From: Deltaproteobacteria bacterium
Lineage (GTDB): Bacteria; Myxococcota_A; Polyangia; Polyangiales; Houyiibacteriaceae
Length of the DNA stretch: 62,928 nucleotides
Assembly (NCBI GenBank): GCA_034670305.1
Contig: JAXMNT010000043.1
Coordinates: 1 to 62,928, forward strand
Direction: 5' to 3'
Below, one piece after another: positions 48,360-58,766 of this stretch; the stretch's first letter is position 1, and each line of letters begins with the position of its first letter. Under the pieces are notes generated by a model, which saw only the letters and a list, made by a program, of their open reading frames with translations, was not told the origin of the DNA and ran no database searches. The translations under genes and the position numbers were made by a program.

Positions 48360-49349
48360 CTAGCGCGGTACGAACTCTACTTCGAAGCTGGCGGGCCAGA
48401 GTTTGCCCGTGAGCAAGAAGCGCCTGGTCTCAGGGAGCCATGCGATGCCGTTGAGCACATCCGCGCTCCGTCGTTCCGCGGCCGTCAGCAATCCACCTGC
48501 ATCCACGATCGCCTCGACCCGCCCGGTGCCCGGGTCGATCCGGACGAGCTCGTTCCGCTGCCAGACGTTCGCCCACACCTTGCCGTCGACGCACTCCAGT
48601 TCGTTCAGGGAGCGGAGCGGTCGGCCGATGCGGGTCACGCGCACCTCGCGGACCACCTCGAAGGTCGCTGGGTCACGGAAGCGCAGCCGGTCCGAACCAT
48701 CGCTCATCACGAGGTGCGTCCCGTCGTAGCAGAGGCCCCAACCTTCGCCCTCGTATCGATGTTCGGCGGTCTTCTGGAGCGTGGTCAGATCGTAGACCAG
48801 CGCCCGCTCGTTCTGCCACGTCAGTTGAACGAGCGTGTCGCCCACCCGTGCCAGACCTTCAGCGAAGAACGTCTCGTCGACGTCGGTCCGCGCCTCCACC
48901 GCGCCGGTCGCGAGATCGACGCGGCGGACCGAAGAGCGTCCTTCGAGCCCGGTGGACTCGTAGAGTTTGCCGCCGTGCCAGAGCAGTCCCTGGGTGAACG
49001 CTCGAGGATCGTGCGGGTGCCGCTGCACCACTTGCACGCGGAGGGCTTCGGGCACGGTGGTGCCGAGCGGTTCGGGAATGTCCGGGACCACGTCCTGGAC
49101 CTCGGTCGCGTCTTCGGTCCGCGCTTCGTTCGGCTGTGCCATCACCACCACCCCGACCACGATCACCGCGCTCATCGCCAACCCGAGCAGCCAGCGTCCG
49201 GCGACCCCATCGGCTCCGGTCGAAGACGTGCGGTTGCGCGGCTTTCGGGAAGTCGACTTCTTCGGAGCCGACTTCTTCGCGGCCGACTTCTTCGCGGCCG
49301 ACTTCTTCGAAGCGGACTTCTTCGCACGAGACTTCTTCTTCCCTGCCAC
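48360..49349 (-). CDS. Glutaminyl-peptide cyclotransferase (plant/bacterial type I QC) with a Lys/Ala-rich N-terminal tail and TM anchor
   Basis: HDPRAFTQGL, YESTG, FAEGL, QLTWQ, EGWGL, LNELE, ANVW, VLNGIA. Confidence 0.92.
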   Translation of the reverse strand: MAGKKKSRAKKSASKKSAAKKSAAKKSAPKKSTSRKPRNRTSSTGADGVAGRWLLGLAMSAVIVVGVVVMAQPNEARTEDATEVQDVVPDIPEPLGTTVPEALRVQVVQRHPHDPRAFTQGLLWHGGKLYESTGLEGRSSVRRVDLATGAVEARTDVDETFFAEGLARVGDTLVQLTWQNERALVYDLTTLQKTAEHRYEGEGWGLCYDGTHLVMSDGSDRLRFRDPATFEVVREVRVTRIGRPLRSLNELECVDGKVWANVWQRNELVRIDPGTGRVEAIVDAGGLLTAAERRSADVLNGIAWLPETRRFLLTGKLWPASFEVEFVPR

Positions 49350-49401
49350 GCCTCAGCGTAGCCCAGGTGCGCCGCGCGTCGATCCGGAACCCACCGACGC
49401 T

Positions 49402-49581
49402 CGGGCTTCCGATTTCGGCGTCGGCGTCGGCTTCGGCGTCGGCGTCGGCGTCGGTTTCGGCGTCGGTTTCGGTTTCGGTTTCGGTTTCGGCGTCGGCGTC
49501 GGCGTCGGCTTCGGCTTCGGCGTCGGCTTCGGCTTCGGCGTCGGCTTCGGCGTCGGCGTCCGCTTCGGCTTCGGCGTCGGC
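49402..49581 (+). repeat. TCGG-NN hexamer array
   Basis: TCGGCG/TCGGTT/TCGGCT units abutting the methyltransferase stop. Confidence 0.95.
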
Positions 49582-50385
49582 CTAGCCGAGCCGCGCCTTC
49601 ATCACCGCGATCGCTTCCGGGTTCTCGTCGATCAGCACGTAGCCGCGACCGTTGCGCTGGGCCGCGTCACCGGTGGTGCCGCTGCCGGCGAAGAAGTCGA
49701 GCACCACGTCGCCGGGGGCGGAGTGGACCTTGACGACACGCTCGAGCACCCCGAGCGGTTTCTGGGTTGGGTAGCCGGTCTTCTCGGCGCCGTTGGTCGG
49801 CACGATCGTGTGCCACCAGACATCGGTCGGGGTCTTGCCACGCGCCCGCTTCTCGGGCGTCACCAACCCCGGCGCCATGTACGGGATGCGGTCCATCGCC
49901 TCGAAGTCGAAACAGTAGCGCTTTGGATCGCGCGTGTACCAGAGCAGCACGTCGTGTTTCGACGACCACTTCTTCTTGCTGCGGCCACCGAAGTCGTACG
50001 CCCAGACGATCTCGTTCTGGAAGGACGCCCGCCCAAACAATCCATCCAGCGCGACCTTCACGTAGTGCGACTCGCGCGGGTCGACGTGCACGATGAACGA
50101 CGCATCCTCGGTCGTGCACGGGATCGACGCTTCGACCCTCTCCATCAGCCACGGGACGTAGTCCTCAAACGAGTCCCGGTAGCTCCCGCTCTTCTTCACG
50201 ACATCCGCGTACCGCCGCCCCCCGAACCCGACGCGGGCGCCGTCCTTGTCCTGCGACGACTCGATGCGCCGCCGCTTCTGAACCTTGCCGGTGTTGAACG
50301 GAGGATCGATGTACACCAGCCGCGCGAACGCCCGAGGCAAGGTCGGAAGCACCGACAAACACTCCCCCAGCAAGACGTCCTTCAT
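49582..50385 (-). CDS. Beta-class N6-adenine/N4-cytosine DNA methyltransferase, orphan
   Basis: VYIDPPF (motif IV) N-terminal; [22 protein letters not shown] (motif I) C-terminal. Confidence 0.92.
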   Translation of the reverse strand: MKDVLLGECLSVLPTLPRAFARLVYIDPPFNTGKVQKRRRIESSQDKDGARVGFGGRRYADVVKKSGSYRDSFEDYVPWLMERVEASIPCTTEDASFIVHVDPRESHYVKVALDGLFGRASFQNEIVWAYDFGGRSKKKWSSKHDVLLWYTRDPKRYCFDFEAMDRIPYMAPGLVTPEKRARGKTPTDVWWHTIVPTNGAEKTGYPTQKPLGVLERVVKVHSAPGDVVLDFFAGSGTTGDAAQRNGRGYVLIDENPEAIAVMKARLG

Positions 50386-50444
50386 ACCCGCCCGCAGCCT
50401 ACCAGCAGTCCCTCGCCGTCGCGGCATCCGCGAAGGGGCTCGGA

Positions 50445-50577
50445 CGCATCGGCATCGGCATCGGCATCGGCTTCGGGCATCGGCTTCGGCTTCGGCCTCG
50501 GCGTCGGCTTCGGCATCGGCCTCGGCCTCGGCTTCGGCGTCGGCATCGGCTTCGGCATCGGCATCGGCCACGGCACC
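50445..50577 (+). repeat. TCGG-NN hexamer array
   Basis: TCGGCA/TCGGCT/TCGGCC units between divergent genes. Confidence 0.95.
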
Positions 50578-50681
50578 GCCCTCCAAAAGAGATCGCCACC
50601 GCCATCCGCCTTCGCGACAGAAAATCGCATCGGCTTCGACTTCCGACCCAATTGTTGCCACCCCCCAGTGTCTCTTCCCAC

Positions 50682-51716
50682 GTGCGGGTCCTCTGTCTGG
50701 TCGTCGCGGCGCTGGGGTGTGCGACGCACGCACGGCCGGTTCACGTCCAGCCGCACCGCGCCCAACCACCGCCATCGGCAGCTTGGAACCTCGACGACTG
50801 CGCCGCCCTGTCGGAACGCGCCCGTGCCGAACGCAGCGTTCCGGACGTCTCGGAGTCGGTGGTCCAGGCCCTGGTGCAGTGCGGCGACTTCGCGGCCGCT
50901 TACACCCAACTTCACCCAAGTCTCGCGCCCGCCACCCAGTGCACGCTCGGCGCGGAGATCGCGCGGCGGCAAGCGCGCAGCAACCTGCCCGCCGCCGAAG
51001 TGCACCTGCGCGACGCCAGCCGCGCCGGCTGCGGGACGGCGACATTGCTCTTGAGCGATCTGCTGCGCCGCCATCCAGACCGCACGGAGGACGCCCTCGC
51101 GTGGGCACGCGAAGCGGTGGTGCAGGCTGGCAGCGCGCCCTTGCCCGAACGTGCGGCCGCGTTCGTGGCGCTGGCACGCGCCCTCGGCAGCACAGGCGGC
51201 GCAAGTCGTGCGGAGGTCGCCTGCCGGCATGCGCTCCAGCTCGATCGAAGCAGGGCGGCGAGCTGGCATGGGTGCGGCGTCGTAGCGCTTGACGCCGGCG
51301 ACATCGAGCTCGCGCTCACCCGCTTTCAGCGCGCCTACACGCTCGACCCGGAACTCATCGACGCGTGGGTGGCCCACGGGGAGGTCGCGTTGGCCCACCG
51401 CGACTTCGAAGAAGCCGCGCGGCTCTTTGGCGAGGCGCTCTCGCGCGAGCCCGCCCACTACCCTGCTCTGGTCGAGCGCGGCATCGCACTGCGTGCCCTC
51501 GGCGCGGTGAACGACTCCCGCGCACACTACCAACGCGCGATCGCCGCGTCCCCCGACCGGCCGGAGGCGTGGTTCGATCTCGCGTTGGCGCTCGAGTCCA
51601 CCGGCGAACTGGAAGAGGCGGCGCGCGCTTACGAAGCCTTCCTCGAGCGCGCGCCGGCGGCGATGTCCGAAGAGCGGCGCCGGGCCGAACGGTTTCTGGC
51701 TGCGCAGCCCCGGTAG
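50682..51716 (+). CDS. TPR lipoprotein
   Basis: Lipobox ALGC; C-terminal TPRs (AWVAHG, ALVERG, AWFDLA); start uncertain. Confidence 0.75.
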   Translation: MRVLCLVVAALGCATHARPVHVQPHRAQPPPSAAWNLDDCAALSERARAERSVPDVSESVVQALVQCGDFAAAYTQLHPSLAPATQCTLGAEIARRQARSNLPAAEVHLRDASRAGCGTATLLLSDLLRRHPDRTEDALAWAREAVVQAGSAPLPERAAAFVALARALGSTGGASRAEVACRHALQLDRSRAASWHGCGVVALDAGDIELALTRFQRAYTLDPELIDAWVAHGEVALAHRDFEEAARLFGEALSREPAHYPALVERGIALRALGAVNDSRAHYQRAIAASPDRPEAWFDLALALESTGELEEAARAYEAFLERAPAAMSEERRRAERFLAAQPR

Positions 51717-51761
51717 ACACACACCAGGACCGCCGCAGATCCGCGGCAGAATGCGGCAGGG

Positions 51762-54692
51762 TTAGAGGAGGCGCGTCATCGAGGCAAGGTTGCCGCGGAG
51801 CTCTCGGGTCATCGGGCGGAAGCCCGGGGTCATCTGCACGTCGGTGGCGTTCGCCAGGTAGACGGCGGAGGGGCGCTGATGCGCATCCAAGTCGGCAAGG
51901 GCTGCTTCGATGCCTGCGCGTTCGAGCGTCGCGCCGTCGCGCGGCACGACCACAGCGGTCGCCTCTCCCTCCACTACGAAGGCTACTGCAAGCGAGACAC
52001 CGGCCGCGGCGTCGAGCGCGTCTTCGATCGGGCGCATGAACACCGAGCGGCCTTCGGCGCGCAAGACTTCGTGCAAGCGGCCCCGGAACCACATGTCTCC
52101 GTCGCGATCCTGTTCCAGCACGTCGTTGGACCGCCACCAGCGGTCGCCACCCGCAAACACGTTGCGGACGACCCGAGGGTCGTCTTGGTCGTACGCCGGA
52201 TGCGTGGCGTCGATGCGCGAAAGCAGCACACCGGGCTCGCTCGACCCACAGCGACGCAGCAACCCGCGCGAGTCTCGAACGAAGTCCTTCGTGTCGAAGT
52301 CGTACGCGCAGAGCGCCATCTCGATGCTGCCGGGCAAGGGACGCCCGAGCGCGCCGACCTTGCTGCCCGACGCGTTGGCCAGGACGGCGTTGCCTTCGGT
52401 CGACGCGTAGAACTCGAGCACGCCGCAATCGAACCGGTCGACGACGCGCTTCCACACGCTCGGCTTCATGCCGCTGCCCGCGAACAGGCGCACCGGGTTG
52501 GTCGCGTCGGTGGGTTGGTACGGTGCGTTGACCAAGCTGCGGCACATCTCGCCCGCGTAGAAGACGACCGTCGCGCCGTAGCGGCGGACCTCGCGCCAGA
52601 AGGGGGCCGGGTCGTCGTGCAGTCCGGTGGGGAAGCCGCCGCCTTCGATCTCGTCGGCGAGCGCCAAACGCGCACCGGCGACAAGCGCACTGCCCACGCT
52701 CACGAGCATGCCGGCGACATGGTGCAGCGGGAGCGCAGCGTAGACAGTGTCGTTCGGGGTCAACGTGCAGGCCGCGGACGCACCAAGCGCCGAGAACGCC
52801 CACCGACCGTTCGTGATGCGCACTGATCGCAACCCGCCGTCGCGGGCATCGGAGAACAACACCATCGCCAGGTCCCGCGCCCGGCCGGGGTTGGGATCGT
52901 GGTCGCTTGGGAGCACGACTTTGGCCGGGTCGATGCGCTCCATGTCCACGACCCCGTCGATCGCGAGCTGCCGGGTCGCACCGCCGCCGAGCACCATCAC
53001 CTGCGCGTCGGCGTCCAGCGCCCGCGCGCGCGCGCCGAACTCCGGATCGGCCACGATGTGTTTCGCCGAGAAGTCTGCGAGCGCGGTCTTGATGGCGGCG
53101 TCGCTCGCGCCGGGCGGCAACACCAACGCGACCGCGCCGAGCCGGCTGAGTGCGGTCGCCATGGTCAACAGGCTCGGTCGCCCGTTCATCAACACCGCGA
53201 CGTCATCGCCCTTCTTCACTCCGAGCGACGAGAGCCCACGCACCACGGCGTCCACCCGCGCATCCGCGTCCGCGTAGGTGAAGGCGCGGCTGCGCCACAA
53301 GAAGAAGGTCTGGTCGGCCGAGGCCTTGGCTTGCTCCGCGAGTGCCTGGCCCACGCTGATGCGGGTGTGCGGCTGGAGCTGTTCGAGCCGCTCGAGCTTC
53401 GGCACCTGGAAGCGCAAGCTCGTGACCACGTCGCCCGCGTCGTCGGTCATCTGCCCGATGCGGTTCCAGAGGCTGGTCAGGGTGTCGCCGATCGCATCGA
53501 AGAAGAGACGCAGGTCGACGTCGATGTCGTCGAACCCGGCGACCTCGGGATCCTCGAGCGGCACCGTCTCGACGTCCGCGAGCAACGCGCGCGGTTTCGG
53601 TCCGTCGATGTCGCGCCAGCGCATCCACTGCACGACCGTCGGCCAAGTCCTCCGCAGCGCGCCCGAGCCCACGACCAAACCGAAGTGGCCCGCCGGCACC
53701 GACACCTCGAAGACCTCCGCGTCGACGACCGCCCGCTGGATCGCTTGCACGCTGGCGGGCCTCGCGATGTCGTCCCGCTCGCCGACGAAGTAGAGCACCG
53801 GGCAGGTGATGTCCGCGAGCGTCACGGTGCGGCCGTCGATCACGAACCCGCCCGAGAGCATCCGGTTGTTGACGATGAACTCGTCGACGAACTTCCGAAA
53901 CGCCGGCCCCGGCCAGGCGACGAACCCTTCCCCGCCGAGAAAACGACGACGGCTCTCCCGCTTCTCCAGCGCCTGGCGGTCGTGCAACTTGGCGACGAAG
54001 TCCCCGACCTGCGTCAGCTCCTTTCGGAGCGACACGAGCTTGAACGCGGTCGAGCTCATGAAGCCCGGGAGCCCATCGATGCGTTCCATGGGCTTCTCGA
54101 GCACCTTCTGGAGCACTTGGATGATCTGCTCTGCGGCACCCTCCGCGACGTTCGGGAGGTTGCGGTGGATGTCGACCGGTGAACCGAAGGTGATGACCGA
54201 GGCCAAGCGTTCGGACCGCCGGTACGCCGCGGTCTGGTAGCAGAACATGCCGCCTTGCGAGTAGCCCGCCAGGTGCACGTCGTGTCCGGTCTGCTCGGCC
54301 ACGTAGTCGACCGCACGCGACACCGCCTGCACGTGGGCGTCGAGCGTCCGCTCCATGCCCCCTTCTTCACGCTCGGGCGCGCCGAAGTCGCACAGCCAGA
54401 CGTCCACGCCTTCTTCCAGCAGCCGCGCCACCGCGCTGACGTCCGGGGCGATGTCGTAGACCTCGCTGGTCACCATGAGTGGGGGCACGAGCAAGATCGG
54501 CGACTCGAGCCCGGTGCCCGACCGACGGCCGTCGTAGCGCCGCAGCCGCATGATGTCGTCGTGCTGCATCACCTGGTAGGGCGCACGGTACGGCTCCGTC
54601 AGCCGGCCGAAGCGGGCGATCTCGAGCGCGTTGCGGGCGCCGAGGCTGAGTCGTTGCACACGCCGGCGCCACTTGGAGGAACGTTGAGCCAC
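51762..54692 (-). CDS. PhaC-like alpha/beta hydrolase fused to an acyl-CoA synthetase (FATP-like) domain
   Basis: ILLVPPLM, HLAGYSQGGMF, FGSPVD, GERDDI, AGHFGLVVG; then TYADAD, LPLHH, FYAGE, EFYASTEG, WFRGR. Confidence 0.88.
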   Translation of the reverse strand: MAQRSSKWRRRVQRLSLGARNALEIARFGRLTEPYRAPYQVMQHDDIMRLRRYDGRRSGTGLESPILLVPPLMVTSEVYDIAPDVSAVARLLEEGVDVWLCDFGAPEREEGGMERTLDAHVQAVSRAVDYVAEQTGHDVHLAGYSQGGMFCYQTAAYRRSERLASVITFGSPVDIHRNLPNVAEGAAEQIIQVLQKVLEKPMERIDGLPGFMSSTAFKLVSLRKELTQVGDFVAKLHDRQALEKRESRRRFLGGEGFVAWPGPAFRKFVDEFIVNNRMLSGGFVIDGRTVTLADITCPVLYFVGERDDIARPASVQAIQRAVVDAEVFEVSVPAGHFGLVVGSGALRRTWPTVVQWMRWRDIDGPKPRALLADVETVPLEDPEVAGFDDIDVDLRLFFDAIGDTLTSLWNRIGQMTDDAGDVVTSLRFQVPKLERLEQLQPHTRISVGQALAEQAKASADQTFFLWRSRAFTYADADARVDAVVRGLSSLGVKKGDDVAVLMNGRPSLLTMATALSRLGAVALVLPPGASDAAIKTALADFSAKHIVADPEFGARARALDADAQVMVLGGGATRQLAIDGVVDMERIDPAKVVLPSDHDPNPGRARDLAMVLFSDARDGGLRSVRITNGRWAFSALGASAACTLTPNDTVYAALPLHHVAGMLVSVGSALVAGARLALADEIEGGGFPTGLHDDPAPFWREVRRYGATVVFYAGEMCRSLVNAPYQPTDATNPVRLFAGSGMKPSVWKRVVDRFDCGVLEFYASTEGNAVLANASGSKVGALGRPLPGSIEMALCAYDFDTKDFVRDSRGLLRRCGSSEPGVLLSRIDATHPAYDQDDPRVVRNVFAGGDRWWRSNDVLEQDRDGDMWFRGRLHEVLRAEGRSVFMRPIEDALDAAAGVSLAVAFVVEGEATAVVVPRDGATLERAGIEAALADLDAHQRPSAVYLANATDVQMTPGFRPMTRELRGNLASMTRLL

Positions 54693-54808
54693 TGTGGAGA
54701 CCGTACCGCATTCGCGGCGGGCCACGCTGCGTTTGTGGTCTCAGCGGGGTCGCCGCGGAGAGGCGCCGTGGACCTGGGCCACGTGCCGGGAACTGCTACC
54801 GTCGCCCG

Positions 54809-57800
54809 GTGGAGGTCGCGCGCCATCGTCGAAGCGTCCAGCGGCGCTGGTTGGGTGGCGGGCTCGTCGCGGTGGCGGCTGGTTTCTGGCTGTTCTCGCG
54901 TGGACCGGCCCTGCATCAGAAGGCGACCATGGCGGGCGAGGTCTCGCTCGATGCGCTCGGCTTCGACACCGTTCTGACGGCCACGGCCACCGATCCCTGG
55001 TGGTGGTCGGTGCTCGCGGTGACGGTGAACTGGTTCGCGACCAACCGCGTCGGCATGGTGTTCGGCATCGTCTTCGGCGCGGGTCTGATGACCCTGCTCG
55101 CTACAACCGCACGGGAGGGTTCGGGGCCCGCGCGGCGCAAGGGGCTCTGGGGCGCGGCAACCGGCACGGCGGCGGGCGCACCGCTGGGTGTGTGTGTGAA
55201 CTGCGCGGCGCCGATCGCAGAAGGCCTCGCTGTCGGGGGCGCGAGCGCGGAGACCGCCATCGCGGCGGCCATCGCGTCGCCGACGTTGAACGTCGTCGCG
55301 GTGATCTTGCTGTTCACCCTGTTCCCACTCCATGTGGCGCTCGTGAAGATTGCGTTGCTGCTCGTGGTCCTGTTCGTCGTCGTGCCGGTGGCCTCGCGCC
55401 GCGCCCCCGCGAAGGCGCCCACGGCCCCCAGCATCCGACCAGCGGTGCCGGACGCGTCGGGACCTGCATTCCGGTCCGTCGTGGGGGCGTGGGCCCGGAA
55501 CCTCGTCTTGCTGGTCCGCCGCACGGTGCCGCCCATGCTCGCCGCCGGACTGCTCGGCGCCGTGATCATCCTCGTGCTTCCGCTCGATCGTTTGCCCGAA
55601 CTCATCGTGGCGGAGAGCGTGCCCGCGGCGCTTCTGTGGAGTCTCGGGCTGGCGGTGTTCGGAACGTTGCTGCCGGTCCCGATCACGTTCGACGTCATCG
55701 TCTGTGCGGTGCTCTACGCGGCGGGTCTGCCACTTCGGTACGTCGCAGTGCTTCTCTTCACGCTCGGGAGCTACAGCGTCTACGCCGGGTTCATCGTGGG
55801 CCGCGCGACTTCGTGGCGCGCGAGCGCGGTCGTCTTCGCCGGCGTCGTGACGCTGGGGGTGCTCGCCGGCGACCTGACCCAGACGTTCGACAACCGGGTG
55901 CGCCGGGCGGCACTTGGAGAGATCGATCGGCTCGAGGGAGACGAGCCCTGGCCGGCCGCGCCCGAAGAGGGCGCGACGACGGGCTTCGTCGTCGAGGACG
56001 GGCCGAGGGACCTCGCGATGCGGGCATCGTCCGGTTCCGAAGCGACACTGGCCTCGGTGGACGCGCAGGCGATGGGTTTGTGGGCGGCCGCTTCGGAGCG
56101 CGCACGGGCGGCCGAACGGAGTCTGCTCCGGCTGGAGTATCCGTTCGTGCAGGGGCGGGGACGGAGTCTGGCGGTCGCGGATGTGAACGGCGATGCGGTG
56201 GACGACCTGCTGGTGGTGGCGGATGGGAACGTCTTCGCGTTCGTGCAGCGGCTGGAGCCTGCGACGCACTTCGACCGACATCTGATCGCGACGGAGCAGA
56301 TGCTCGGATCGACGCCGCTGTTCGCGATGGCGGTGGACCGGGACGCGCGCGCGGGGGTGGACGTGTTCGTGGGGACGATGCGGGGCGGGGTGTGGCTGCG
56401 GCCGGAGGCGGCGGTGGCGGCGGCGGCAGAGACAGCGGCGGAGACAGCGGCAGAGACAGCGGCAGCGGCAGCGGCAGCGGCAGCGGCAGCGGCAGCGGCA
56501 GCGGCAGAGACAGCGGCGGCGGCAGACGCCGACTCCGACGCCGAAGCCGAAGCCGATGCCGAAACCGATGCCGACTCCGACTCCGACTCCGACTCCGAAG
56601 CCGAAACCGAAGCCGAAACCGAAGCCGACCCCGATGCCGACTCCGACTCCGACTCCGACTCCGAAACCGAAGCCGAAACCGACTCCGATGCCGACTCCGA
56701 CGCCGACGCCGAAGCCGATGCCGACTCCGATGCCGACTCCGACGCCGAAGCCGATGCCGAAGCCGACTCCGACTCCGATGCCGACTTCGCTGTCGGGTTG
56801 CGGCGGTATTTGGTTGGGGAGCGGGTGGGGGACGGGATGGTGGCGGCGGCGGCGTTTGGGGATGTGGATGGGGATGGGTTGGTGGACGTGTTGCTCTCGG
56901 AGTGGGGGGCGGCGTGGCGAAGTCCGTGGAAGACGGCGGGGGCGTCGCGGGACCGGCTGTTTCTTGCGAGCGGGGAAGTCGCGCTGCCGTCGACACCAGG
57001 AGCGGCGACGACCGCCCTCGTTGCGGACCTGGATGGGCGCGGTGGCATGGAGCTGTACGTCGGCCACGACTTCGGGGCGCCCGATGCGGTGTACGCGCGC
57101 GCGGATGGGTCCGGGTGGCGGCGGGACGATGCGCGCTTTCCCCAGACCACGCGGGACACCATGGGCGTGGCGCTCGGGGACTTGGATCGAGATGGTCGCG
57201 CGGAGTTGTTCTTCAGCGACATCGCGCACCCGGACGAGACCGGCTCTGCGCTGGAGGACGCGCAAGCGTGCGAGCAGAATGTCGAATGCGTCCGCCGCCG
57301 GGAAGAGACGCGGCGCTACCTGTCCCTGCGCCAACGGTCGTCCCCGGAAGAGTGCGCGCACGCCGGCGACCCGATCGACTGCCGGGCCGCGTTCTTCGTC
57401 GGACTCGCCCACACGTTTCCTGGGACCGCAGCGTGCGCGCTCCCCGCTGGCTGGCCGCGGTTGCGCGCGCTGTGTGAGTCGAACGCGGGGTCGGCGTTCC
57501 TTCCCGATCCGGACACACGCCGATTGGGCCCGCCGCAAACCCGCGGTCGCAATGTCCTGTTGCAGTGGTCGGACGAAACGGGGGGATGGTCGGTCGTCTC
57601 CGCACCGACCTTGGAACACCTTGGATGGACGTGGAACGCCGAGTTCGCGGACCTCGACGCCGACGGTCGGCTGGATGTCGTCGCCGCCACCGGCACCCCG
57701 ATCGAACTCAACCGCCCCGAGTCCAACGTCGCCCTTCGCCAGACCGCGCCCTTCACCTTCGAGCCCGCGTGGGGTTCACTCGACGACTCGGCCACCGCCA

Positions 57801-58165
57801 GCATCGTCACGATCGATCTCGATGCGGACGGCGACCTCGACGTCGTCTCGTTCCCGATGACCGGCCCCATGCGGGCGTGGCGCAACGACTTGTCGACCGG
57901 CCACACTGCGATTCTCGAACTGCGCCAGGCTGGGCCCAACCCCGCCGCCCTCGGAAGCCGGGTCACCGTTCACGCAGGCGAAGCGATGCAGACGCACTGG
58001 GTCAAGGTCGGGGGCGGCTACCTCTCGCAGCCTGGCACGCGGCTGCATCTGGGCCTCGGGGATCAGGAAGGCGCGGACATCGACGTCGAGTGGCCGGACG
58101 GTACGCAGAGCCGGCACCACGTCGTCGCCGGCCGGCGACAGGTCGTCGAACGACCGCTGCCGTAA
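54809..58165 (+). CDS. Predicted permease (DUF318/ArsP-like) fused to FG-GAP repeats and an ASPIC/UnbV domain; interrupted in frame by a hexamer array (start uncertain)
   Basis: About 8 TM helices with [14 protein letters not shown] and SPTLN; DVNGD, DVDGDG, DLDRDG, DLDADG repeats; NPAALGSRV...GGGYLSQ...LHLGLG...WPDG. Confidence 0.8.
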   Translation: MEVARHRRSVQRRWLGGGLVAVAAGFWLFSRGPALHQKATMAGEVSLDALGFDTVLTATATDPWWWSVLAVTVNWFATNRVGMVFGIVFGAGLMTLLATTAREGSGPARRKGLWGAATGTAAGAPLGVCVNCAAPIAEGLAVGGASAETAIAAAIASPTLNVVAVILLFTLFPLHVALVKIALLLVVLFVVVPVASRRAPAKAPTAPSIRPAVPDASGPAFRSVVGAWARNLVLLVRRTVPPMLAAGLLGAVIILVLPLDRLPELIVAESVPAALLWSLGLAVFGTLLPVPITFDVIVCAVLYAAGLPLRYVAVLLFTLGSYSVYAGFIVGRATSWRASAVVFAGVVTLGVLAGDLTQTFDNRVRRAALGEIDRLEGDEPWPAAPEEGATTGFVVEDGPRDLAMRASSGSEATLASVDAQAMGLWAAASERARAAERSLLRLEYPFVQGRGRSLAVADVNGDAVDDLLVVADGNVFAFVQRLEPATHFDRHLIATEQMLGSTPLFAMAVDRDARAGVDVFVGTMRGGVWLRPEAAVAAAAETAAETAAETAAAAAAAAAAAAAAAAETAAAADADSDAEAEADAETDADSDSDSDSEAETEAETEADPDADSDSDSDSETEAETDSDADSDADAEADADSDADSDAEADAEADSDSDADFAVGLRRYLVGERVGDGMVAAAAFGDVDGDGLVDVLLSEWGAAWRSPWKTAGASRDRLFLASGEVALPSTPGAATTALVADLDGRGGMELYVGHDFGAPDAVYARADGSGWRRDDARFPQTTRDTMGVALGDLDRDGRAELFFSDIAHPDETGSALEDAQACEQNVECVRRREETRRYLSLRQRSSPEECAHAGDPIDCRAAFFVGLAHTFPGTAACALPAGWPRLRALCESNAGSAFLPDPDTRRLGPPQTRGRNVLLQWSDETGGWSVVSAPTLEHLGWTWNAEFADLDADGRLDVVAATGTPIELNRPESNVALRQTAPFTFEPAWGSLDDSATASIVTIDLDADGDLDVVSFPMTGPMRAWRNDLSTGHTAILELRQAGPNPAALGSRVTVHAGEAMQTHWVKVGGGYLSQPGTRLHLGLGDQEGADIDVEWPDGTQSRHHVVAGRRQVVERPLP
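56407..56786 (-). repeat. Intragenic bipartite hexamer array encoding poly-Ala then (D/E-A/S/T)n
   Basis: gcggca/gagaca block, then gccgac/tccgac/gccgaa block (TCGG-NN on -); frame preserved. Confidence 0.95.
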
Positions 58166-58167
58166 AC

Positions 58168-58745
58168 GCGGAAGCCGGCGCCGACGCCGACGCCGGCGCC
58201 GACGCCGACGCCGACGCCGAGGCCGAAGCCGAAGCCGAAGCCGAAGCCGAGGCTACAAACCGTGCGACTCCGAAGGAGAGCATGGCTGCTGTTGCTGCCG
58301 CTGTTGCTGCCGCTGTTGCTGCCGCTGTTGCTGCCGCTGTCTCTGCCGCTGACCCTGCCGCTGACTCTGCCGCTGACCCTGCCGCTGACCCTGCCGCTGA
58401 CTCTGCCGCTGACTCTGACTCTGACTCTGACTCTGACTCTGACTCTGACTCTGACTCTGACACTGCCGGCCGAAGCCGAGGCCGAAGCCGAAGCCGAACC
58501 CGAACCCGAACCCGAAGCCGAGGCCGAAGCCGAACCCGAACCCGAACCCGAACCCGAACCCGAAGCCGAACCCGAAGCCGAAGCCGAACCCGAAGCCGAC
58601 GCCGAAGCCGAACCCGAAGCCGACGCCGAGGCCGAGGCCGAGGCCGACCGCCGAGGCCGACGCCAACGCCGACGCCGATGCCGATGCCGACGCCGATGCC
58701 GAGGCCCGCTGCCCGTTTGCGGCTTCGCGCTTCCGCTTCCGCGTC
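58168..58745 (-). repeat. Large composite hexamer array
   Basis: gccgac/gccgaa block, ctgccg/ctgact block, cccgaa/gccgaa block, ttccgc tail. Confidence 0.95.
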
Positions 58746-58766
58746 TGCTTCCGTACCCTCCCGCCG

